DNA from: Octopus sinensis
Lineage: Eukaryota
Length of the DNA stretch: 64,000 nucleotides
Direction of reading: 5' to 3'
Assembly (NCBI RefSeq): GCF_006345805.1
Contig: NC_043008.1
Location: 26,102,001-26,166,000, forward strand
Position numbers and translations under genes: made by a program. Numbering within the stretch: position 1 is the stretch's first letter; each line of letters begins with the position of its first letter. The notes beneath the pieces are model-generated. The model had not been told where the DNA came from. It did not search any database and saw nothing but the letters and a program-made list of their open reading frames with translations. This document shows, in pieces, positions 50,576 through 63,220 of this stretch.

Positions 50576-52903
50576 TTGAGGTATTTCGTTCGTGTTGCAA
50601 GACAGTGTGTGAGAGAGAATCGTGATGTGGTAGGAGAGAAATGTGTTCGCATGGATGATGGTTCACTTGCGCTAAATGAGGATGCAAAGAGAGAGGTTTG
50701 GAGAAACCACTATGAAAGTTTGCTGAATAAAGAAAATGAATGGGATAAAGAGAGTCTGCCGAATGCCGACCCAACAAAGGGACAAGCTATCCGAATTGAC
50801 AGTTCTGTGGTAGTTAAGGCAATTAGAAGCATGAAGACAGGAAAAGCTCCAGGCCCACCAGGGATGCTCAAAATATCTGGCATCTTCGGCTATAGCCTGG
50901 TTACCCGTATAGTTAACCAGGTGATACACGAAGGAGTCATGCCCAATGACTGGTGTAGCAGCATAATAGTCAACTGCTACAAAGGTAAAGGTGACGCCCT
51001 AGATACAAATAATTACAGAGGTATCAAGCTGTTGCATCATGTAATGAAGGTTACGGAGAGGGTCATTGCCCAATTGATTAGGGAGAGAGTCAAATTGGAC
51101 GAGAAGCAGTTTGGTTTCATGCCAGGGAAAAGCACCACTGATGCTATATTTCTGGTGAGACAGTTGCAGGAGAAATACCTAGCCAAAGATAAACCTCTGT
51201 ACCTGGCTTTCGTTGACATGGAGAAAGCCTTTGACAGGGTCCCCCGATCCCTTATCTGGTGGTCAATGAGGAAACCAGGGATAGATGAATAGTTAGTGAG
51301 AGCTGTGCAAGCCATGTACAGGGATGCTCTTAGTAAGGTAAGGGTTGGCAACGAGTACAGTGAAGAATTCCGGGTAGAGGTAGGGGTTCACCAAGGTTCA
51401 GTCCTCAGCCCCCTCCTATTTATCATAGTCCTCCAAGCAATAACGGAGGAATTCATGAGAGGATGCTCCTGGGAGCTCCTCTATGCTGATGACCTTGCTC
51501 TAATTGCTGAGTCACTATCAGAACTGGAGGAGAAGTTTCAGGTGTGGAAGCAAGGATTAGAATCGAAGGGCCTTAGAGTCCTAAAAAGTAGGAAGGTAGA
51601 CAAATCACAAACGCCTTCAGGTTGATGGCCCTGCTCGATCTGTAGAAAAGGCATAGGTAGAAACTCTATAAGATGCACCAAGTGTAAGCTATGGACACAT
51701 AAGAGGTGCAGCAATGTCAAAGGAAGGCTAACTAGGAAGATAGTTTTTGTATATGGCAGATGCTCAGGAGCAATAAACACTGAAAATGCGCAGAGACCAT
51801 CTTCTGCCACATTCCAGGGAGAAAAACTAGAAATAGTTGATAGCTTCCATTACCTAGGTGACCAAGTCAGTAGCGGACGCGAGTGTGTTGAAAGTGTAAC
51901 TGCTAGAGTAAGAATAGCTTGGGCAAAGTTCAGAGAGCTCTTACCTCTGCTGGTGACAAAAGGCCTCTCGCTCAGAGTAAAAGGCAGACTGTATGATGCA
52001 TGTGTACGAACAGCCATGCTACATGGCAGTGAAACATGGGCCGTGACTGTTGAGGATATGCGTAAGCTCGCAACAAATGAAGCCAGTATGCTCTGATGGA
52101 TGTGTAATGTCAGTGTTCATACTCGACAGAGTGTAAGTACCTTGAAAGAAAAGTTGAACCTAAGAAGCATCAGTTGTGGTGTGCAAGAGAGACGTTTGCG
52201 CTGGTATGGTCCTGTGGCGAGAACGGATGAAGATAGTTGTGTGAAAAAGTGCCACACCCTAGCAGTTGAGGGAACCTGTGGAAGAGGTAGACCCAGGAAA
52301 ACCTGGGACGAGGTGGTGAAGCACGACCTTTGAACTTTTGGTCTCACCGAGGAAATGACTAGAAACGGAGATCCTTGGAAGTATGCTGTGCATGAGAAGA
52401 CCTGGCAGGACAAGTGAGGCCATACCCCGTGGCCTCTACCTGGGATGTAGCCAGTCCACTTATGCATATCTTTCCTTCTTGGGACACAAAACTCTACTTG
52501 TGAAGACCTGTTGAGGTAAGTGAAAATCAAAATTGAAATCGATCAACATCAATGGAATTTGTAGCTGCGATACAAGTGCTGGTGGCACGTAAGAGAACCA
52601 TCCGAACGTGGACATAGCCAGCGCCACCCCGACTGGCCTCCGTGCCGGTGGCACGTAAAAAGCACCATCTGATCGTGGCTGTTTGCCGGCCCCATCTGGC
52701 ACCTGTGCCGGTGGCACGTAAAAAGCAACCACATCAATCATAGAGTGGTTGGCATTAGGAAGGGCATCCAGCTGTAGAAACACTGCCAGATCATACTGGG
52801 CCTGTGCAGCCTTCTGGTTTCCCAGACCTCAGTTGAACCGTCCAACCCATGCTAGCATGGAAAGCGGACGTTAAACGATGATGATGATGATGATGATGAT
52901 GAT
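50575..52903 (+). mobile_element. 5'-truncated RTE-clade LINE, relatively young
   Basis: Near-continuous RT (QFGFMPGKSTTDAIF, AFVDMEKAFDRV, GVHQGSVLSPLLF, LLYADDL) with in-frame stops at 51290 and 51623. 3' UTR and (GAT)n tail at 52877-52903. The 5' junction abuts (TA)n. Confidence 0.95.
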
Positions 52904-54654
52904 ATAAAATCAAAATAAGCAACAGGATATCCAAAGGTGATGCAGTACAATTGTTTCAAACGAGTTCATTTAATTGAACAATGCAATCATTACATCAATT
53001 TAAATGCAGAGCTATCCTCAGCTGCACAAATTAATAAATAAATAGAATTAATTTAATCAATCGGACACATTTGTATAATTTCACCAAAATCTTCTAAAAG
53101 AGTAAGAAAACAGACAAAGTCCATGCTGTAATCACTTCGGCTTAAAAGTTACTAAGACAAAGGCTACTAAGAAAAAACTTATTAGAGATCTAGCTTGTCA
53201 CTGATTTTTGGGTCAGTTTTAATTTACAGTCTTGTTTATCAAATCTTTGTATGTCAAAATCTAAGACCAAAGAGCAGTGTCTGTTAGGAAAGGGCCCAAG
53301 GGTGTTGACAGAATCATAGTGGGTATAGTTATAAAACTTATCAAGATTAATTTGAAGTAGTATAACGTAACTGTCTATAATGAGGTTTGGTAAAGGAAGA
53401 TCTTAAATCAAGATGTTAGTTACCAGTTAAAGGGGCAAGACTAATAAAACCAATGATGCTAATACAGAGGTAATTTTATCTTGGGGTACTATAGTTGAAT
53501 GATTAAAAAAATATTGTTATATTGTATAAAGATAAAATTTAGGGTTATCAAGAGAAATATTAAGAAGAATATTATAACCAAAAGGATAAATTTATGAATA
53601 CTTTTCAGTATATACCAAACTTTACAACAATAGGGCGAGAAAAGAAATTACATAGAATTAGTTTAATATTTATTCATATATTTCCTTATTAGATGGTATC
53701 TATGAAGATTGATCACTGGTATTTACTGGCATTTAATAAAGGAGTACATTTAATAAAGGAGAACAAGCTAACTATATATTAATTATAATCTAAGAGGCAT
53801 ATTATAAGTTGTAAAGCTACTGGTGCTGTTATATATTAGCTAATGTAAATATTTAGGGGTACAAAAATTAGGTTTAATTTCATAAAGGCTGTTATAAAAA
53901 TAATGATAAAATCAGGTAGGGTAAAACACCATAGAAGGGAATAAATAGCTTAATCACTAAAACCATGATGAAGCATATATACCTTACTAGCATTATGACC
54001 CGTCGTTGCCGGGTCATAGTGCTAGTGCATGTATATATGTGTATATATATATATGTACATATTACATGTACATCTATATATATACATCTACACATAAAAT
54101 ACAAAATACAATGTTATATCTTGATATCGCTAGTGACAACAATACTCAAAATATATAACAGACTGGAATTATTAGCCCGTCTCTTGTAATTTTGATCAAT
54201 TGTATCTTGTCCTCCCTCTTGTATAGAAGTGTGGCTACAATCCGACGGCTGCAGCGAAATTCATTTTTTGGACTTTCTTCTATCGAAGACATTTTAACAA
54301 AAATACTTCCGTGTAAACGGTGAAAATATTGTCAATTTCCCCAAACAGGGACACAATTCAATTTTTAAACAATAACCAAAGCTCATTATCCCAAAGGGGG
54401 AGGGTTACGGTTTACAATTATTTAACAAATGCAACACAACAACGCTTCCCTTACGAGGAACCAACAAACGTGATAACAATAGTTAAACAGTAATCATAAT
54501 AACAACAAACCTTATGGTGAATCAAAAAGCAGTATGCAGTTGAAGCTATAGTCCTTTATGTATAAGAAATAAACCAACAGCAGTACTCAGTAGAAGTGGC
54601 TGTTCGAGAAAACAGACATTACATACAGCCAAACTTCATATAGATACTTAATGC

Positions 54655-55190
54655 TAGCTAATTAGCAGATAATCTAATGTAAAACCCGTGGTAAACGGTA
54701 TGTGCACAGCTCCATCTGGACCATTCCATTTCTGCACGCTAATTTTATTTATTTTGATTTATTCCCATTTATGTGAAACCACTTATTCAAGTTCAAGTCA
54801 TTGATGCAATTTTATACCAATTGCTATTTTTACTTTTGTTATGTTACGATTATATTATACTTTAGTTTGATTTTAATTATCATTTACTACATATAATTCA
54901 ATTGTTATTATTATCTCTAATCTTTATTGTTAAAGTGAAAGTATCTGACATAAAATAGAGAAATGTTTTTGTTTCACTTTTAACACGTAATACTGAAATA
55001 GTGGAGAAGATATGATATTGCTATGGGCTCGCCCTAGGCAAGGAGTTGAACATTTTTATCCCCATGAAACTACATGGACCCTAAGTAAGGCATGTGTAAA
55101 ATTTGAATGAAATTGGTTGTGTAGTTCACAAGTTTTATGGAAACACACAGACAGACAGACACACATTCTCAGTTTTATATATATAGAGAT
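54655..55190. mobile_element. Possible Helentron/DINE-like non-autonomous element
   Basis: Ends in (ACAG)n-ACACACATTCTCAGTTTTATATATATAGA after AAATTTGAATGAAATTGG, a layout seen in such elements. The left boundary is uncertain. Confidence 0.35.
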
Positions 55191-55368
55191 TACCATCAAT
55201 AGAAAAGAGAAGATTATGTAGAAATTGTTTAATAATTCAATCATTTAAACTTAATTATTTATTTATTAGGTGGTATCTATAAAGACTGGTACCTGGTATT
55301 AACTAGATGAATATTGAGGTTATAGAACATGCAAACTATATATTAATTATAAACTAAGAGGTATAATA

Positions 55369-58300
55369 CGTTTATATATTTGTTGTGCAATATTTTTTAT
55401 GTGAAGTCGTGTGTTGAAACAGATATTGTTATATTTCGGAATGGTCATTTTGCCAGTTTAACCAATAAAAACACACGCACTATATATTTGGTGTTACTTT
55501 GCTTCAGTGTTATTTATTTTTTACATTAATCTTAATCTTATTTCGGTCAGAGTTCTTTCGTCACACTCCTGTGGTCCTTTGTTAGATATCTTTCATAGTC
55601 GCACCAAGACACTTTTCAATGGTGCTTTCCTCCAACACTAATATGAACACCACATACACCAGAAACAGGAACAATGAAAATATCACTAACGATAATCAGA
55701 ATGATAGCAATAATGGCAGTGGTAGGAATAACAGTAATAGCAATAATAGTGGTAGTAGTAGTGGTGGTGGTAACAGTAGAAGTAGTAATGATGGTAGTAG
55801 TGATAGTTGTGGTGGTAATAGTAATAATAGTAGTAGTGGTAATAATGATAGTGGTAATGGTGGCAATAATAATAGGGAGGCTGATGATGGAAACAGTAAC
55901 GACAGAAATAGTAGTAACAGTAATGAAGATAACCCTAGAAAGGCCATTAACATGTATACCCACCCTTTTGACACTCAATTCTTCAACGTATGTGACAAAT
56001 CTTACTGCATGAGCCGGATTTATCCAACAACATTACCCTTCAACAAAAGAGTCTACATCCCAAGACATACTAATGACAATATGGAAGCACAGTTCACTAT
56101 AGGACCAAAGTTAGACAGATTTTAGGATTATACACTAAGAGACAGAATAAGACAGAGGCCCAACAACTCGGGATTAAACCTGCATGTGGCCTACGTAAGC
56201 TCATTCGGCGCACGAGGAACGGAGAAGTGGTATGCCTTGCCACAGATAAGTCCGGCAGGATGTCAATAGACAGCTTACCGAACTACATCCAGGCAGTGCA
56301 ACCTCATATCGCCAATACAAAAAAAAAACAACTTTACAGGCGCATGAGGAGAGAGAAAAGGTCCTCAACGCCCACATGATGATGTAGACAATTGTTCTGG
56401 GACCCCAGAAACGTACAGCAAATAATTTCCAAGCCTGGAACAATGATATCCCGGCACTGTATGGACTTCGCAAGGACCATAAAGTAACCACTGACCCTAT
56501 AGCAGGACCAGTCTGTGGAGCGAATATCGCTAGCAATTACAGAATCTCCTACTTCCTCTCAATGATCATACGCCCTATAATCCGGATGTCACCTGATGTT
56601 TGTGACAGCACGGAAGATCTCCTCAGCAGGATCAATGACTGTAACAACACTTGTGACCTGACAGGATGTATGGTGGGTAGCATGGATGTGGTATCCCTAT
56701 ACCCATCGATCGACGTAGATTTTGCGGTGGAGAAGTACGTGGAGATGATCAACGAGAGCCAGGTGGAGTTCTGTAATGTCAACACAGAGGAACTGGGCCT
56801 CCTACTTAGACTGACATGTAACAATGAATACCTAGATAAACATAACCTTAGTAGTTTCTGCCCCAGTAGATGTTCAAGAGGTAGACCGCCCACAATTACT
56901 TCTATGGCTAGGAAGACACATATAGAAAGATAGCGCGGATGGACCAGAGCCATACGGAGCCCCGCAAATGTCCATCAGGTAAAGAAAATGATCGCACATG
57001 CACTAGGAGCTAGTATAAGAGTTACCTTAAAAGGCCACATGTTTAACTTTAACAATAAAATATATGCCCAGGACGAGGGGGCAGCCATCGGCGTTAGTAT
57101 CGCCGGTGATGTGACCAACCTTTTCATGGTATGGTGGGACAGAAGGCTTAAAGAATGCCTAACACAGAACTCCATACTCGTGAACATGTACTCTCGCTAT
57201 GTTGATGATATCATAGTGGTAAAGGCACCCCCACAAGAGAGTACTGTTGAAATAGAAATAGAAACTAATACTATGGAGAGCATCCAGCAAATATCTAACT
57301 TCATCCACCAGAGTATTAATGTCACAATAGACTACCCCACTAAATACCCTAACCATAGACTACCTGTCCTAGACACAGAACTCTGGCTAGAAACTGAGAA
57401 TAATAAAACTTGAACCCTTCAATCGTACTATGCCAAACCTATAGCCTCCAAATACTTGATCCACCAGAACTCAGCTATCGCAGACAATGCCAAATTCAAT
57501 ATTTTGATGGCAGACCTCGTCAGAATAATGCAAAATGTGTCCTGCATGTGCAAGCCTACAGAGTTAAAGAGACACATACAACATTTCGTTCACCGCATGC
57601 AGTTCTCAGGTTACAGCCATAAAGAAAGGATCAGAGTATACAAAGGAGCCATGAAGAAATTTGATAATATATTATGTAATGATAGGAATGGGATTTGCCC
57701 ACTCTATAGGAACAAGTCATGGAACACTATAGAAAGGACAAAAAAGAAAATATGGAAGGCCAACTCTTGGTATGATAGCCATAAATACCAGAGTGTCATG
57801 TTCGTTGACACCACCCCTGGAGGTGAACTGGCGTACCGCTTTAGAAGGACCCTAGACAAACTTAAGCTAAGGATTAAGGTTGTTGAAAAGCCAGGTAACC
57901 CTATCAAATCTATAATTGGTAGAACCTATCTTTTTAGTAGAACCCCCTGTACGGATAAGTACTGTACTGTATGTAGATTTAGCCCACAAACAAACTGTAA
58001 AGCCAGAAATGTAGTCTATAGCATGAGATGTATAGAGGGATGATGCAGTAACAAGACAACGACATACGTAGGGGAAACGGCAAGAAGCATAGGAGAGCGG
58101 GTAAATGGACATTGGAGACAACTCAAAGAAGGTAAAAGCTCATCGATTCTGTACCAACACGCCGAACAGGAACACGGGGGATTATTTATTTTTTCGATTT
58201 AATATTATTATTACTAGTATTGTTGTTATACATACATACAAGCATATGTAATGATAATAATAAGTGGATGTAAACACATGAACAAAATAAGAATAAACAA

Positions 58301-58665
58301 AAACAACAACAGCAAAAACAATTTACATGAACGTATATAAACAGAAGATACAAATATTACAGGCATCGCCCCACACACACACTAAATAAACATAGACGCA
58401 CATAGAGATATAAGCATGCGCAAATGAAGTCACATACAATAGAAATACAAAATGGCTGACGGTTAGTAAGGAGAGACACAAATAAGAAAGAAGAAAACAA
58501 ATGACCACTGATGCGGTCACAGGAGTCTGACGAAAGAACTCTAGCCGAAATAAGATTAAGATTAATGTAAAAATTAAATAACAATGAAGCAAAGTAACAC
58601 CAAATATATAGTGCGTGTGTTTTTATTGGCTAAACTGGCAAAATGACCATTCCGAAATATAACAA
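55369..58665 (+). mobile_element. Penelope-like retroelement insertion with inverted flanks and 14-bp target duplication
   Basis: Direct repeat TAAGAGGTATAATA at 55355-55368 and 58666-58679. Inverted repeat 55424-55573 / 58518-58667. Internal RT plus GIY-YIG pseudo-ORF. Confidence 0.82.
55619..58185 (+). pseudogene. PLE reverse transcriptase + C-terminal GIY-YIG endonuclease pseudo-ORF
   Basis: PALYGLRKDHK, GSMDVVSLYPSI, QDEGAAIG, YSRYVDD, LPVLD, C-x4-C-x2-C-x7-C, VVY...C and YVGETARS..ER...H...H-x4-H. ORFs 56562, 56988, 57456 and the 58044+ segment share one frame separated by TAG, TGA, TGA. The N-terminal part is in another frame and the endonuclease is cut off at ~58185. Confidence 0.9.
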
Positions 58666-59408
58666 TAAGAGGTATAATATAAGTTTTAAAAGTTACCAAT
58701 GTTAATCTATACATGATAATGTAGTTTCATTTGGGGTCCTTAATTAGGAGGGCTACTTAAATAAAGGCTTTTATAACAATAAATAATATGATCAGGATGG
58801 TGGAACACTATAGAAAGGGATAACTAGATTAATTACTTATACCATGATAGTTAGACTATCTAGGCAGGAATATTCATAGGATAGTATACTAACTAAATGT
58901 AGCTCTCTAACTTACAATACTATATAGCTTTATTTCCTCATGTAACTGAATATCACCTAAATTTATTTTATTTATATATTTAGAATCAGAGGGTAAGAAT
59001 ATTCAGATCTACCACTTAAATATTAAAAGTAAATTTCCATTCATTCAGTTCAAGCACAACACATATAAAGCGCTAATTTCGAAAATATTTAAATGTACGA
59101 GTGACAATATGTATGCATGATACTCTAATGTCCAATCTATTGTTAATCAGGTTGCTCTTGTCTTTATGCTTCAAAATCCTATTTGTTTCCATAGGGCACA
59201 GCTCAGACCCATATCTACTATTTCTATAAGGCTGCGCTTTTCTTATTATTTCCCATATAAGGTCAAACTCAATTCTGCTTTCCTTCAGTTCCCAAATCTT
59301 ACTAGATAATGACGTACAATTAGCCTTAATTTTAAGTCTAAAAGAGGAAAAGTGATTGTACAGACGTTTTTTTATATTAATCGAACATCCACTATATATA
59401 TATATTTA

Positions 59409-59631
59409 GGCGGCGAGCTGGCAGAAACGTTAGCATGCCGGGCGAAATGCTTAGCGGTATTTTGTCTGCCGCTACGTTCTGAGTTCAAATTCCGCCGAGG
59501 TCGACTTTGCCTTTCATCCTTTCGGGGTCGATAAATTAAGTACCAGTTCACTGGGGTCGATGTAATCGACTTAATCCGTTTGTCTGTCCTTATTTGTCCC
59601 GTCTGTGTTTAGCCCCTTGTGGGTAGTAAAG

Positions 59632-59636
<5 letters not shown>
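59409..59636 (+). mobile_element. tRNA-derived SINE (octopus-type), well preserved
   Basis: GGCGGCGAGCTGGCAG head and GAGTTCAAATTCC B box. Inserted between (TA)n tracts. Confidence 0.88.
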
Positions 59637-59675
<39 letters not shown>

Positions 59676-59677
59676 AA

Positions 59678-60041
59678 TCTGAAATGCGAAAAGTTTGTTT
59701 GTTCTTCTGGTTTTGGCATTGAGAATGGGTTAAAGGCCACGAGATCCCGTTGGATTGACTCCAAAATTTACAGGAACATGTAAGATGAGGTGAGGATGCA
59801 AGTGGGCTAGGTTAGAAATCCCTATCTTAAAAGGTGTCGTTGGTAGGGCCAAAAACGCACTTTGACAAGTCTACTCTCATTCTTTTATGTATCTGTCTTC
59901 CTCCGTCACTCACTCTCTTTCCTCCCTTCCCATTACTTTCTATATATAACGTCGTTTCACAGCATCTAACTCCCCTTCACTTTCTCTTTATAACGTCGTT
60001 TCACAGCGTTCTATATCTCCCCCTCCCCGCCTTCGACAGCG

Positions 60042-60081
<40 letters not shown>

Positions 60082-60187
60082 CTCTTTCTCTACGTCTGTC
60101 TGCATTCATAGAGAGAATTATCATCGTCACCAGCACCACACAATCATGAGAACAAATATTATGAATCAGATATTTATTGGGTTAATT

Positions 60188-60220
<33 letters not shown>

Positions 60221-60538
60221 TCTATATATAAATATGTATATATAATGTATATATACAAAGTGTATATATATCTGTATTTATGTATATTATACTTTTTAAT
60301 GCTTTTTGATAGTTATATATATTTCTTTTTAAATTCTAAATATAAATTAATAATTTTAAATTTAAATAATTTAAATTTTTCAATTATATATTTTATATAT
60401 TTTGTATATTATATTTTTATTTTTATGTTTTGGTTAATGTTTTTCACTGTTTGATTTCCCTATTAGTTGTTTTATCTCTAATTTAATTTATATATATATA
60501 TATATAATTTGTATACATTTGTATATATAATGCGTGCA

Positions 60539-60592
<54 letters not shown>

Positions 60593-61792
60593 CATATATA
60601 TATATAATGTGTGCATTTTGTGGTCGGTTGAGCTGAAAATATGCATACCTATGTTAAAAGTGCTGGCGAGTTTGCATAACTATTTTTTTCCTCAAATGAA
60701 AGGCGTGACCTCTAGGACAAAATTCCTCATCTTATAAAATGTGGCCCCAGTAGACCCGAATGAAATCGGGTTATATTAACCAAAATGTGAAAAGGGGTCT
60801 AAACAGGGCTGGAAGGGGATTAAAATTTACAGGAGCGGGTGTTTAGGAATTCTCTGTTACATCAAGCTAAAAAATTTGCGCCAGCCTTTTAATTGTCAAT
60901 GTGTTGCCGTCCATGATGAAGAAGTTTTGAATGCTTGCCATGGTGAGTCTACTATCATGAGAAAGAATCACTTCAAAACTTGGTGTTTAGGAATTTTCTT
61001 TTACATCAAGTTCAAAATTTTACGCCAGCCGTTAAACTGCCACTATGTTGCTGTCTGTCGTTAAGAAATGCCAGCCATGGTGACTCTACTATCCTCAGAT
61101 TCTATCCCTTCAAACTTTGGTTTCCAATGTTTTATTATTTTTATTCAGCTCGCAAGTTCCTCTGTCCCTTTTAAATGTTAGTGTTTTGCTGTCTGCCTTG
61201 AAGCAGACCTTTCCGTTGTCACTGCCTGATATTTATGATTGATCTTTCTAAATATTTTACTTTCTCAACTTACTCAAGATCTTTTGTTGTTTATAGATGG
61301 GAGAGAGATAGATAAAGATAGAAAGTAAGAGAAAGCGAGGGAGAGTCCAAGAGAAAAGAAAAGTAAGAGAGTGGGAAAGTGAGAGAGAGAAAGGAGAGAG
61401 AAACAAAGAGGGAGAATCATCATCATCATCGTTTAACGCCCGTTTTCCGTGCTAGCACGGGTTGGACAGTTTGACCGGGGTCTGGGAAGCCAGGTGGCTG
61501 CACCAGGCTCCAGTCTGATCTGGCAGTGTTTCTACAGCTGGATGCCGTTCCTAACGCCAACCACTCTGTGAGTGTAGTGGGTGCTTTTTTCGTGCCGCCG
61601 GCACAGGTGCCAGGGGGGGCTGGCAGCGGCCACGATCGGTTAGTGCTTTTTACGTGCCACCGGCACAGAAGCCAGTCAAGGCTGCGCTGTCATCGGCCAC
61701 GTTCGAATGGTGCTTTTTACGTGCTGAAAGGAAGCAACAGAGAGTAACAACCACACTCTTACCCGCACGTAGAGCGGGTCACCTTAAGCTAG
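59678..61792 (+). mobile_element. Non-autonomous Helitron-like element, copy 2
   Basis: A|TC start at 59678. Hairpin ACCCGC-acgtaga-GCGGGT at 61761-61779, CTAG at 61789-61792, then T. Collinear with 4731-8027. Confidence 0.72.
61416..61724 (-). mobile_element. RTE 3' tail inserted in Helitron copy 2
   Basis: (ATC)n plus the reverse complement of 52580-52880. Absent from Helitron copy 1. Confidence 0.85.
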
Positions 61793-62209
61793 TATATATA
61801 TATATGTATATATGTATGTATATATGTATATATATATATGTATGTATATATATATGTATATAAATGTCTGAGTTTTTACAATGTTTACAAATAACATGGA
61901 AAAAAGAAATAAATAGTTACCAAGGTAGCAAAAATTCACACAAGTACCAAGGGTGTAACAGCCTAATTATAATGGTAGAAACTCCAGGTTTAGGTGAAAG
62001 GATTTTGAATAATATAAATAAATAAATAAATGGAGTTAAACACAGATGTTATTTAAATCTTTTTACTTCCAACATGTTTTGAAGAAAACATTGGTATTAT
62101 TCCAGAAGGAATAAATTGGTGCAAAACAATATATTTATATATATATATCGGTGCCCCAGCATGGCCACAGCTCATTAGCTGAAACTGGAAAAATCAAAAT
62201 CAAAATCAA

Positions 62210-62241
<32 letters not shown>

Positions 62242-62549
62242 TCAGATGTGAATATTCATAAAAATATTATTATTGTTAATATTGTCTGCATTAAATATAA
62301 TATATTGATAATAATAACAACAATAATATAGTTGGCTACAGGTATTAAATAACATTAAATAGCTATAAATTTAAAAGTAGTACTAATCAAAAGGATACAC
62401 TGGGCATCTAATCTGTTTAGAAATGGGAGTCAAAACCTCGATGATGATATTACAGAGGGTTTTGACTCCTATTTCTAAACAGGTTAGATGTGTCCTTTTG
62501 CTTAGCGCTAATTTCAAATTTATGTTTATATATATGTATTTATATTCTT

Positions 62550-62915
62550 TTTTCTTTTATTTGTTCCAGTCATTTGACTACAGCCATGCTGGAAGAAATC
62601 AACCCCTGGACTTAATCATTTTAAGCCTAGTTCTTTCTCTTGGCCTCTTTTGCCAAACCGCTAAGTTACGTGGACATTAACACACCAACATCAGTTGTCA
62701 TGTGATGTTGGGGGGGGGGACATACACAGACACACAAACATACGTATTTATATACGATGGGCTTCTTTCAGTTTCCGTCTACAAAATCCACTCACAAGGC
62801 TTTGGTTGGTCCGAGGCTACAGTAGAAGACACTTGTCCAAGGTGCCACTCAGTAGGACTGAACCCAGAACCATGTGGTTGGTAAGCAAGCTACTTACCAC
62901 TTAGCCACTCCTGTG

Positions 62916-62916
<1 letters not shown>
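62550..62916 (-). mobile_element. tRNA-derived SINE(s), antisense composite
   Basis: The reverse complement begins GGCACAGGAGTGGCTAAGTGGTAAGTAGCTTGCTTACC...GGGTTCAGTCC. Shares blocks with 31965-32115 and 29128-29340. Confidence 0.78.
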
Positions 62917-62954
<38 letters not shown>

Positions 62955-62963
<9 letters not shown>

Positions 62964-63175
62964 TAGATATATAGTTAATCCAAACATGAACAAAGAGAAA
63001 ACACAAAAACGTGAGGATTTGGAACAAATATAGTGTCATTGGACGCTCAGGAAGGGAAAGAAAGAAGGAGGATTTAATTTTTTGAGCAGAGCTCTTCATC
63101 AGAAACATAGAAAAAGGAAAGGCTAAGGAAGGGAAGAAGGAGAAAGAAAATTGCCAACGATACACATACGGTCAC
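62955..63175 (-). mobile_element. Short pLTR/retrozyme-like unit with degenerate hammerhead, in (TA)n
   Basis: The minus strand reads GTTT-CTGATGA-A-GAGC(TCT)GCTC-AAAA at 63070-63107 and is followed by TTCCTGAGCG, as in the unit at 31098-31310. Confidence 0.55.

Positions 63176-63220
<45 letters not shown>

Noticed and set aside
55616-56012. Poly-Thr/Val/Leu ORFs overlapping the PLE leader
   Set aside because: They are alternative frames of the trinucleotide-rich tract.
55619-58185. Assignment to the Naiad clade
   Set aside because: Naiads have an N-terminal GIY-YIG, whereas here the endonuclease is C-terminal.
58518-58560. Hammerhead in PLE flank (CTGACGA...CCGAAA)
   Set aside because: Core words are present, but no credible stem II or stem I was found, and the mirror copy has GTGACGA.
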